Assembly (NCBI GenBank): GCA_020632135.1
Contig: JACKGC010000001.1
Coordinates: 446,134 to 510,133 of the forward strand
From: Candidatus Nomurabacteria bacterium
Lineage (GTDB): Bacteria > Patescibacteriota > Minisyncoccia > Phycocordibacterales > UBA918
Direction of reading: 5' to 3'
DNA: 64,000 nucleotides
The position numbers and the translations under genes were made by a program. This document shows, piece after piece, positions 46,652 through 55,700 of this stretch (positions are counted from its first letter, which is position 1; each line of letters begins with the position of its first letter). Under the pieces are notes generated by a model. The model was not told the DNA's origin, did not search any database, and saw only the letters and a list, made by a program, of their open reading frames with translations.

Positions 46652-47211
46652 GGAGAGGGGAGTGAAATAGATCTGAAACCATACATCTACAAGGAGTCGA
46701 AGCCCTGCGGGGCGACGGCGTGCCTATTGAAGAATGAGCCGGCGAGTGTACCTTTATCCCTTGTCTAAGTGGCAACCCCACGGAGGCACAGTGAAAGCGA
46801 GCGTGAATAGCGCGACTATGGGGTAGGGGTACGACCCGAAGCGGGATGAGCTTGCCATGAGCAGGGTGAAGCGACTGTAATAGGTCGTGGAGGCCCGAAC
46901 CGGTTGGCCGTACAAAACCATCGGATGACTTGTGGTAAGGAGTGAAAAGCTTATCGAATTCCGTAATAGCTGGTTCTCTCCGAAACAGCTTTTGGGTTGG
47001 CGTCAAATGTTTCTGCTGGGGGTAGAGCACTGGAAAGAAAAGACAGGGAGAAATCTCGCTTTTCTTATCAAACTCCGAATACCAGTTAGTTAAGTTTGGC
47101 AGTTAGACTATGGGGGAGAAGCTCCATTGGTCAAAAGGGGAACAGCCCAGATCGCCAGTTAAGGTCCCTAAATATATGCTCAGTGCAACTTGAGGAGGTG
47201 AGGATTCCTCA

Positions 47212-47246
<35 letters not shown>

Positions 47247-47896
47247 TAAAGAAAGCGTAACAGCTCACTGGTCGAGAGTCCTTGCGCCGAAAATGATCGG
47301 GGCTCAAGCATATTACCGAAACTGCGGATTGGCATTTTCTTCGGAAAATGTCAGTGGTAGGAGAGCGTCCATCTCTGCGATGAATCCAAGGCGGGAGCCG
47401 CGGTGGAGCGAGGTGGAGTGAGAATGCCGGCACAAGTAACCGCAAGGCAGGTGAGAACCCTGCCCGCCGAAATACCAAGGTTTCCTTTGCGATGGTGATC
47501 AGCGAAGGGTTAGTCGGTCCTAAGGGAATCCCGAACGGGGGACCCGATGGAGAGCAGGTTAATATTCCTGCACACTGCTATGTTCCTATGGAGGGACGGA
47601 GCGTTGTACTCAAAGCATCTTATTGGATTGGTGCTGGAACTACGAGGATGGATCTTAGGCAAATCCGGGATCTATAGTCCGAGTAGGGTCTGAATGTGCG
47701 GCTACGGCCAAGCAAATGAGAGGAGCACGCTTCCGAGAAAAACTTCGTTTGGGTTAAGCATAGTGGTTCCGTACCGCAAACCGACACAGGTGGTAGAGTC
47801 GAGAAGACTAAGGCGAACGAGTGAGAGGTCCTCAAGGAACTCGGCAAAAAAGCGGCCGTAACTTCGGGATAAGGCCTGCCCAGCCCTAGATTTGGG

Positions 47897-48168
47897 GTAT
47901 ACTGAATGATGCACGCAGTGTATGTCATTCAGAACGATGCGACGAAAGAAACGTACATCGGATATACTTCTAATCTCAAAGCAAGAATTAAAGCCCATAA
48001 CGCAAGTGGCAAAAAAGCCACTACGCGAAATGATGGTGCTTGGCATTATATTTACATCGAACTTTTTCGAAGTAAGGATGATGCACAAGAGCGTGAGAAA
48101 AAGCTAAAAGCGCACGGTAGTGCAAAACAAAAGCTTCTCTTACGACTTCGAAAAAGCTTGCTTTGAGC
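47897..48168 (+). mobile_element. ~270-nt insertion in the loop of a 23S expansion helix (E. coli ~1700 region), almost entirely occupied by a GIY-YIG ORF; likely an IVS-type element
   Basis: A 20-bp stem (ggcctgcccagccctagatttgggg / ccccaaatctagggctgggc) closes the insert at the position of a variable hairpin. At 272 nt it is too short to hold a group I ribozyme in addition to the ORF. Confidence 0.55.
47906..48166 (+). CDS. GIY-YIG nuclease-domain protein (86 aa) encoded inside the 23S rRNA insertion
   Basis: 'VYVIQNDATKETYIGYTSNLKARIKAHN' is a strong GIY-YIG signature. There is no additional DNA-binding domain. Confidence 0.6.
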   Translation: MMHAVYVIQNDATKETYIGYTSNLKARIKAHNASGKKATTRNDGAWHYIYIELFRSKDDAQEREKKLKAHGSAKQKLLLRLRKSLL

Positions 48169-48218
48169 CCCAAATCTAGGGCTGGGCCGCAGCGAAAGAT
48201 TTCCTGGCGACTGTTTAA

Positions 48219-48259
<41 letters not shown>

Positions 48260-48379
48260 AGGGTGACGCCTGACCTATGCCGGAAGGTTAAGTACGGATG
48301 GTCTAGTGATCTTCGGATTGTTAGGCTGGGCTGTATAAGCCCCGGTAAATGTCAGCGATAACTATAATCGTTCTAAGGT

Positions 48380-48612
48380 TCGGCGCGGAAGCCGTAGGCT
48401 TCCGCGCCGATAGGACTGGAACGATTATATGAAACTTCGGTTTCATTGTTAAATAGCCCTTGCCATAGCTACCTTGCAGATAGGAATATCTGTATAGTCC
48501 ACATCTAGCCACATAGAGACCAAATGCTAGACACCCCATCCTCGCAAGAGAAGGGTGAAGATAGAGTCCTTCAGTGATTACGCGTAGGTTAGTTCTACGT
48601 AAGGAAAAGAAG
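48380..48612 (+). other. ORF-less ~233-nt insertion in 23S at the E. coli U1931 site (candidate small group I intron or IVS)
   Basis: Host sequence reads ...AACTATAATCGTTCTAAGGT | insert | AGCGTATTTCCTTGTCGGGTAAGTTCCGAC. The upstream exon ends in U and the insert ends in G, consistent with group I splicing rules. L1931 is a known intron-insertion site. Confidence 0.45.
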
Positions 48613-49272
48613 AGCGTATTTCCTTGTCGGGTAAGTTCCGACGTGCACGAATGGCGTAACGACTGGGAAACTGTCTCGAGGACCTGCTCGGTGAAAATAC
48701 AATCCCGGTAAAGATGCCGGGTACCTGCAGTTAGACGAAAAGACCCCAGGAGCTTTACTGTAACTTGGTATTGGGGCTATTGAGTTGATGCGTAGCATAG
48801 GAAGGAGACTTTGAAGCGGGCTTTCGGGTACCGTGGAGTCGCCAGTGAAATACTTCCCTTCATTTTGGTAGTCTCTAACTCGGCCGGCAAAACCGGTCGG
48901 AGACAGTGCCTGGTAGGCAGTTTTAGTGGGGCGCTACCCTCCCAAATTGTAACGGAGGGGTCTCAAGGTTGGTTAGTCGCGAATGGAAACCGTGACGATA
49001 GTGTAATGGCATAAACCAGCTTGACTGTGAGGAGTAGATTCCGAACAGACGCGAAAGCGGAGCATAGTGAACCGATGGTTGGCTTTAGATGCCGCCGGAG
49101 ATTACCCGATAAAAGTTACCCTGGGGATAACAGGCTAGTCGTGCCCAAGCGTCCATAGCGACGGCACGGTTCGGCACCTCGATGTCGGCTCATCTTATCC
49201 TGGGGCTGGAGCAGGTCCCAAGGGTTTGGCTGTTCGCCAATTAAAAAGATACGCGAGCTGGGTTTAGACCGT

Positions 49273-49952
49273 TCAGGTCCTGATTAATGATCGGAACCTG
49301 AACCAATCTAAACCCGAGGTTAGGGGGAGACCCTAGAAGACATCATCACGGCGGCAGCAAGTAGTGATATTTGCTGAGAAGTTGACTATATCGGTGAAAT
49401 CTTACACCAACGTATGTTAGGATAATACCGAGGGAAGTCAAACTATGTCGCTCAATTCGTCGCAATTCAAAGCATATCTTGCTGGTTTCCTTGATGGAGA
49501 CGGTAGTATCTATGTGCGAGCAAAACCAAATAGCTCATATCGCTATGGCTATCAAATTGCTCCATATGTAGCGTTCTTCCAGTCTGCAACATGTGAATCA
49601 TTTCTACCGATGGTAGGGCAAATAGGATATGGCAAGACTCGTCTGCGTAAAGATGGTATCTATGAATTTACCATTTCAAAGCAAGATGACATCGTAGACT
49701 TTCTCGCGAAAGTCAGTCCATACCTTCTGCTAAAGCAAGAACAAGCAAAGTTGATGCTAGAGATACTTTCATTGAAGAAAGGAATTTCAAGTGAAAAAGA
49801 CTTTAAACAGCTTCTGAATCGAATTGATACGTTTCGAGAGTTAAATTACTCGAAAAAGAGAAAGCGCAGAGTGTGACCCCGTAGAGACTATACGTCAACC
49901 ATTTCTGGGCACAGAAATGAAGATATAGTCCAAATTTATGACCATGAAATAG
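49273..49952 (+). mobile_element. group I intron (~680 nt) in 23S at the E. coli 2593 site, encoding a LAGLIDADG homing endonuclease
   Basis: Host sequence reads GGGTTTAGACCGT | insert | CGTGAGACAGGTTGG. This is the I-CreI-type homing site in the peptidyl-transferase region. The insert ends in G. Confidence 0.8.
49445..49876 (+). CDS. LAGLIDADG homing endonuclease (single-motif, I-CreI-like)
   Basis: 'YLAGFLDGDGSIYV' is the LAGLIDADG motif. 143 aa, located inside the intron. Confidence 0.85.
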   Translation: MSLNSSQFKAYLAGFLDGDGSIYVRAKPNSSYRYGYQIAPYVAFFQSATCESFLPMVGQIGYGKTRLRKDGIYEFTISKQDDIVDFLAKVSPYLLLKQEQAKLMLEILSLKKGISSEKDFKQLLNRIDTFRELNYSKKRKRRV

Positions 49953-50094
49953 CGTGAGACAGGTTGGTCTCCTATCTACTGCAGGCGTCGAATTTTGAGG
50001 AGAGTTGTTCCTAGTACGAGAGGACCGGAATGAACGAACCTCTGGTCTATCGGCTGTCACGCCAGTGGCACTGCCGAGTAGCTATGTTCGGAAT

Positions 50095-50127
<33 letters not shown>

Positions 50128-50587
50128 AACTCCAAGATTAGAATTCATTAAGTCCCCCGAGAGATGATCGGGTTGATAGGCACTAGGTGGAAGTACAGTA
50201 ATGTATGCAGCCGAGGTGTACTAATTGGACGTAGCTTCCCATGGGGAACGCTGTACATCAAACACCTGAAATTCCAGAATTTCTTTGTTGCACATCGCAA
50301 AATTTTATTCACTCGGCACTAGCCGCATTCATAAAATTTTGCTTGTGCGCCGCGAAATTCAAGAAATTTCAAGTGTTTGTCTGATATAGATTTTGAGTGA
50401 AGTAAGGTTACCAAATTGAATATGCGTATACGATCGTGTGAAATGGTTTCACCGGGGCGTTGCAAAGCTCACAAAAGCTAGTGCTGTAGTGGTAATAATC
50501 CACGCGCTCCGACCAATTCCCAACTGGTCCCACCCAGTTGGGACCATTCCACACGACCGTAGCAACGATCAGAATTGAATCTTTTAA

Positions 50588-50641
50588 GTTGGTGCTTTGG
50601 GATTGAAATTGTCTGGGGGACAATTTCAAGGGTACACAACC
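50588..50641 (+). pseudogene. 5' fragment of a second, degenerate 5S rRNA copy
   Basis: gttggtgctttggg ... gggtacacaacc matches the 5S 5' end. A 28-nt hairpin (attgaaattgtc-tggggg-acaatttcaa) replaces the native 'ggaag'. Confidence 0.5.
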
Positions 50642-50807
50642 TAAAAATAAAAAATCAAATCGAACTTTTCAAGTTGGTGCTTTGGGGGAAGGGGTACACC
50701 CGTTCTCATTCCGAACACGGCAGTAAAGTCTTCTACCACCGATGGTACTCCGCAAGGGGAAGAGTAGGTAGGCGCCAACTTGAAGGGTTTGATTTTTTTA
50801 TTTTTAG
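50641..50807 (+). repeat. 19-bp inverted repeats bracketing the intact 5S gene
   Basis: ctaaaaataaaaaatcaaa (50641-50659) and tttgatttttttatttttag (50788-50807), plus the inner pairing ttcaa/ttgaa, form a long stem enclosing the 5S. Confidence 0.7.
50673..50779 (+). rRNA. rrf: 5S rRNA (intact)
   Basis: GTTGGTGC...CCCGTTCTCATTCCGAACACGGCAGTAAAG...CCGATGGTACTCCGCAAGGGGAAGAGTAGGTAGGCGCCAAC. The helix I ends pair (gttggtgc/gcgccaac). 107 nt. Confidence 0.85.
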
Positions 50808-50868
50808 GCCGTTCGCCCTAAAGGACTAATGTTTGCATAAAATCGCAAGCTCTTTTGCAAACATTGAG

Positions 50869-51036
50869 CATTCCGAACACGGCAGTATAGCTTTCAGCGC
50901 TCACTCGGAAATGAAAATGGACTGACGTCCGCTTTCATTTCACTCGTTCGCTCGAAAGATAAAGTCTTCTACCACCGACAAAACAGTCTCCCAGACTGTT
51001 TTGTCCCCTTAAGGGGAAGAGTAGGTAGGCGCCAAC
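50869..51036 (+). pseudogene. 3' part of the degenerate second 5S copy, carrying two inserted hairpins
   Basis: cattccgaacacggcagta | 73-nt insert | aaagtcttctaccaccga | hairpin aaaacagtctcccagactgtttt | aggggaagagtaggtaggcgccaac. The last 8 nt pair with the 5' fragment at 50588. Confidence 0.5.
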
Positions 51037-51061
51037 TTAAAGCATTTAATTCTCCTTGAAA

Positions 51062-51090
51062 AGTCACCGAAAGGTGGCTTTTCTTTTTTC
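51062..51090 (+). terminator. rho-independent terminator at the end of the rRNA region
   Basis: agtcacc-gaaa-ggtggct followed by tttcttttttc. Confidence 0.7.
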
Positions 51091-51103
51091 CAGCCTTGGT
51101 CAA

Positions 51104-51200
51104 GAGAACGCTGCGGTATATTTGAGCGTCCTCGCGGGGACTCCGTGCTTAAGTTGATCTGTGAACATCGGAGCGTGTGAAAATATGCCGCAGCGTTCTC
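51104..51200. repeat. 20-bp inverted repeat (19/20 match) separated by 57 nt, in the leader of the aminotransferase gene
   Basis: gagaacgctgcggtatattt ... aaatatgccgcagcgttctc. The right arm ends 50 nt before the ATG at 51251. Confidence 0.6.
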
Positions 51201-51250
51201 GGTAGAGCAATCCCTTTCGCTTTTCTATTTCTTCTATATACTGTCACCAA

Positions 51251-52558
51251 ATGCGAAATATCATCACGCACCCAGGAGCCGACAATCTCATCTATGAGAT
51301 CCGCGAAATTGTGGAAGTGGCCAATAAAGTAAAGGCGTATGGCCAACCGGTCGTGTGGGAGAACATCGGTGACCCGGTCGCTAAAGGCGAGTCAGTGCCG
51401 GCTTGGATAAAGGAATATGTTGCAAAAGCGCTTAAGGAAGACACAACGTACGGCTACTCTCCGACCAAAGGTCTATTAGCGACGCGTGAATATATCGCGC
51501 ATGAGCGCAATATCGAGGGCGGGATTCAAATTACCGCTGACGATATCCTGTTTTTCAACGGCCTGGGCGATGCCATTTCCAAGCTCTATGACCACCTGCA
51601 CCCGAGCGCTCGGGTGATCGGCCCCAACCCAGCCTACCCAACGCATTCTTCAGCAGAGGCGGCGCACGCAGATAGTCAGCATTTTACCTACGCACTTGAT
51701 CCACAGCGCGGTTGGCAACCAGACCTGGCCGAACTTGAGCGTAAAGTGTCTGAAAATAAGCATATTTCTGGCATTCTCATCATAAACCCTGACAACCCAA
51801 CCGGTTACGTATATTCGCCCGAGACGCTCAAAAAGATCGTGGCCATCGCGAAAAAGTATCAACTCTTCATCATTTCTGATGAGATCTACTCAAATTTGGT
51901 CTACGATGGGGTGGAGTACTGTAAACTCGCGGCAGTCATTGACGATGTGCCAGGGATCGCGATGCGCGGCATATCTAAAGAATTTCCTTGGCCGGGCGGT
52001 CGTTGTGGCTGGGTGGAGTTTTACAATCGTGATAAAGACGAGGACTTCAATCGGTACACCAAGTCGCTCATTGACGCCAAGATGCTGGAGGTGTGCTCCA
52101 CTACGCTGCCACAGCGGCTTATTCCTGAAGTGATGCAAGATGAGCGCTACTTCCCGTACCTTGCCGCCCGCAACCAAAAGTACCAAGCTCGCGCCGAACT
52201 GGCGGCTGAGGTCTTGGCTGATATACCCGAGCTCACTGTCCATAAGCCGCAAGGCGCATTCTACATGACCGCCACCTTTGCTGCCGGTGCCCTCACTGAC
52301 TCCCAGCAACTCCCGATACAAAATAACGCAGTAGCGCAACTCATTTCCTCACTCGTAGCCACTGAGATACCGCTCGATAAACGCTTTGTGTACTACCTCC
52401 TTGGTGCCACCGGAGTCTGTGTGGTGCCACTGCGTGGCGGGTTCAACTCCACGTACGATGGTTTCCGCTTCACACTTCTAGAAGAAGACGAGGGTACGTT
52501 TCAACACACCATTGAGACGATCCGGCAAGCAGTGACTGATTATTTACACTCCACTTAG
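51251..52558 (+). CDS. PLP-dependent aminotransferase, class I (alanine/aspartate aminotransferase-like)
   Basis: 435 aa with an AlaA-like N-terminus 'IREIVEVANKVKAYGQPVVWENIGDP' and 'ILIINPDNPTGYVY'. The Lys-containing 'SKEF..PG.R.G' region is present. Confidence 0.8.
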   Translation: MRNIITHPGADNLIYEIREIVEVANKVKAYGQPVVWENIGDPVAKGESVPAWIKEYVAKALKEDTTYGYSPTKGLLATREYIAHERNIEGGIQITADDILFFNGLGDAISKLYDHLHPSARVIGPNPAYPTHSSAEAAHADSQHFTYALDPQRGWQPDLAELERKVSENKHISGILIINPDNPTGYVYSPETLKKIVAIAKKYQLFIISDEIYSNLVYDGVEYCKLAAVIDDVPGIAMRGISKEFPWPGGRCGWVEFYNRDKDEDFNRYTKSLIDAKMLEVCSTTLPQRLIPEVMQDERYFPYLAARNQKYQARAELAAEVLADIPELTVHKPQGAFYMTATFAAGALTDSQQLPIQNNAVAQLISSLVATEIPLDKRFVYYLLGATGVCVVPLRGGFNSTYDGFRFTLLEEDEGTFQHTIETIRQAVTDYLHST

Positions 52559-52700
52559 CATACTTATCACTACCATGAGGCACTGTTTTGCACAGTGCTT
52601 TTGTTGTCAGAGTAGCACGAACACGTTTTAATAATACTGAAACCGCGTCGCGACGGAATTTTTACCCGTACATTATTATTTCGCCTCTGTAGGTATTTTT

Positions 52701-55700
52701 ATGAAAAAGTTCTCACTCCTCACCCTTGCGCTCTTTTTATTACTCACTTCCTTCACTGGCGTAAGTGCTCAGGATCCACTAGAGGACGAGCTGCAGGCAT
52801 CGCCTGATGTCATGCGCGAACCTGCATCACAGCCGGTCGAGCCACCTGCTTTTCTCGACCAGATCAAGACCCAGGCAGACTTTGACGCCTTGACCGACGA
52901 ACAGAAAGCCGAGCTTGGAGCATACTACCAAGCAACCCAGCCGCGACCGATCGTGGTCGCAACGGTCGAATTTAATGATCTACAGATCGTTTCTCAAAAT
53001 GGGCAAGACGTACAGGCGGCCTTTACGATCATCAATGGCCAAGGGGCTCAGCCGGACGTTCGTTACCGCTTTGACCTCTACATGATCGGGGGAGTGGATG
53101 ATCGAAAGATCGTGGACACCTATGTGTTTCCTGAAACACTCTCCGTGAGTGAGAATGAGAGTGTTACGAAAACTGTCAGCTATACCGCACCAGCCTACCT
53201 GAGTGGTACCTACGGCTTGCAACTCACCGTTGAGACCAGTGCCGGTCTCATGCTCGGTACTGGCCCACTTAAAGGGACAGTAGAACTACAAGGTACCAGT
53301 GGTTACGTTGATCTAACCCGGAGTGGGTGTCGGCTGTCGGTCGGGGGCGACGAAGCATTGTATACTACCTCGCAAGGAGTTGATCTCATTCCTGGAGAAA
53401 CCCTCTCAGTGACGTGTCTTCCTACCAGCTACCTGGGTGTGCCAGCAGAACTCATCCCCGTGATGACCGTATTCAAGCGTACCTATATGGGCGATGTGGT
53501 GGTGCCAGAAAAACCATTGAATGAGTACAGCGTTGCCGTGCCTGCTGCTGGCAGTTTTGAAATCACGCTGCCAGTGACCACCCCGCAAGGGGCGCAGGCG
53601 TACGATGCTACCCTATACTTCCAAAATACCGCTGGGGAACGAGTCTCAAACTTTCTCCCGCTTCACTTTGTGGTGCAAGGACTTTCTGGTGCAATCCAAA
53701 ATGTGGTCCTCGACAAAGATCAGTACTCAGTAGGGGAAAACGCCCTCGTACAAGTGACTTGGTCGGGTGTGGCTGGATACTTTGCCAATGCTCGTCACGA
53801 CAGCGTGACACTCGAGGCGCCAAGTGTCACCGTGCAGATCATGAATGCGGCTGGTGCTGCCTGTACCGAGGAGGCGACAGTGTCTCTGAGCGGCACTCGG
53901 ATCGTATCGAGTGTTTCGCTGCCGATCCTTAAGAACTGTTACAATCCAACTGTAAGTGCAACCTTAGTAGATGGTGACACGGTCCTTGATACCAAAGAAC
54001 TAGCGGTTAATTCAACCGGGGAACCACCAGTTGAACCGGCGCCTGTGGTAGAGTCGAAGCCAGGATCTAACGGTGGCCCAGCACTAGTACTCCTGTTCTT
54101 GGTGGTGCTGATCGCGGTAGTTGTCGGTGTTGTCTACTTCAAACGAAAGGACACTATCCCTCCCGCAGCTGGAGCGGCGCTCTTTGTTCTTGGAGTAGCG
54201 TTCTCAGGTTTGGTGGTGCCCGCCGGTGAAGTAGAGGCGGTGACGTATGTGTTTGATGGTGGGGCGAGCGCAGACTACGATACAGTGACGGTGACTTACA
54301 ATCTCTTGACTGGTACTTCATATACCCCTGGACAAGAAATTCAAGTAAGCGTCAGCGCATCGCGCGATACCCTTAACTGTGACAATGGAAGCGAGACCTG
54401 TCAGTACCTTGGTCAGCAGGCGCATCTCGTCGATGATTATGATAATCACTATTACTACAACACGCCTAACTTCACATATAACCCACCAGATCCCTGGCGT
54501 ATTGGGACGTATTTTTCCTACACTTCTCGAAAGCCCTCTTGGTTGCCACTTGACTCGTCAAATTACCTTGATGACCAGGGTTGTGTGAACGGTGAGCTCA
54601 ACCTGTCGGTCAGTGGTGTGTTGCGTAATTTTTACGCCCCCGCTACCCCGGGCGTATATACGGTGATCGCTGAGAATGCGTTGCCACCAGCCATGTTTGG
54701 TGAAGCTATTCACAGCTGGTACATTTCCGTTGGCGGAGTGGCTATTCCTACCGGTGATATCAGTGGTATTGGTTGTGAAATACCAGCAATAGATTATCGA
54801 TGTAAAGCAGAGAATGTTACGTGGTCAACGAACGGGCTAGTGACCAGTCCTAACGTCTATAACTTCACCACCAACGATGACTACTCCTTTGCTCCTAGTG
54901 GTGATGATGACGACGAGCATTGGCTCGAGTATGGACCAAATGTCATCCAGCTTCTTGATCGGCCAGTTGTCCTCGATACGGTCACCCTCAATGCTGTCTG
55001 TGAGCCAGGGACTGTCTGGGAACCACGAGATGGTGGTTGGTGTATTAAGCATTACGTACGTGCATTTGACTGTACTATCCTAGAAGGGCAAAGCACCTGT
55101 AACGCTAATATCTGGTACGCGTATGTTAATCCTGAGTCCGGTAGTCCTAACTTATACAACCAGACCACTGTCACACAATATTCAACCAGTAACTTCATTG
55201 GCTACAACGGCACGAGCCAGGCGTACACGTACGGAGATAACACCATTCAGTTGCGCAATGGCACCAACGTTGTCGCGTCAGATGTCGGTACAGCCAGCTG
55301 TGCTTCTGGCTTGAGTTGGAACGGCACCGTCTGTGCGGCCGCTTCTTGTACCGGCTCACTTCCAGCCTTCAGTACGTTGTATTCAGGTGACAACACGGGT
55401 CTGGTGGTAAACACACCGTACAGTTACGCTTCCGCTAACACCGCTACGAAGTGTCAGTTCTCCTGTAATGTTGGCTACGTTTGGAACGGTACCAGCTGTG
55501 AAGCGGCTGCTTGTACCGGCTCACTGCCAACCAATAGTGCGATGTACTCGGGTGACAACACTGGCCTGACTGCTCACACCCCCTACAGCTACGCTGCTGC
55601 GAACACTGCTACCAAGTGTCAGTACGCTTGCAACACGGGCTTTACCTGGAACGGTACCAGCTGTGTTGCACAGTGTACTGGCACACTACCTGCCTTCACC

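Noticed and set aside
48321-48539. 72-aa minus-strand ORF inside the 23S L1931 insertion
   Set aside because: It is on the strand opposite to the rRNA, has no motifs, and overlaps the hairpin-rich insert. It is likely non-coding.
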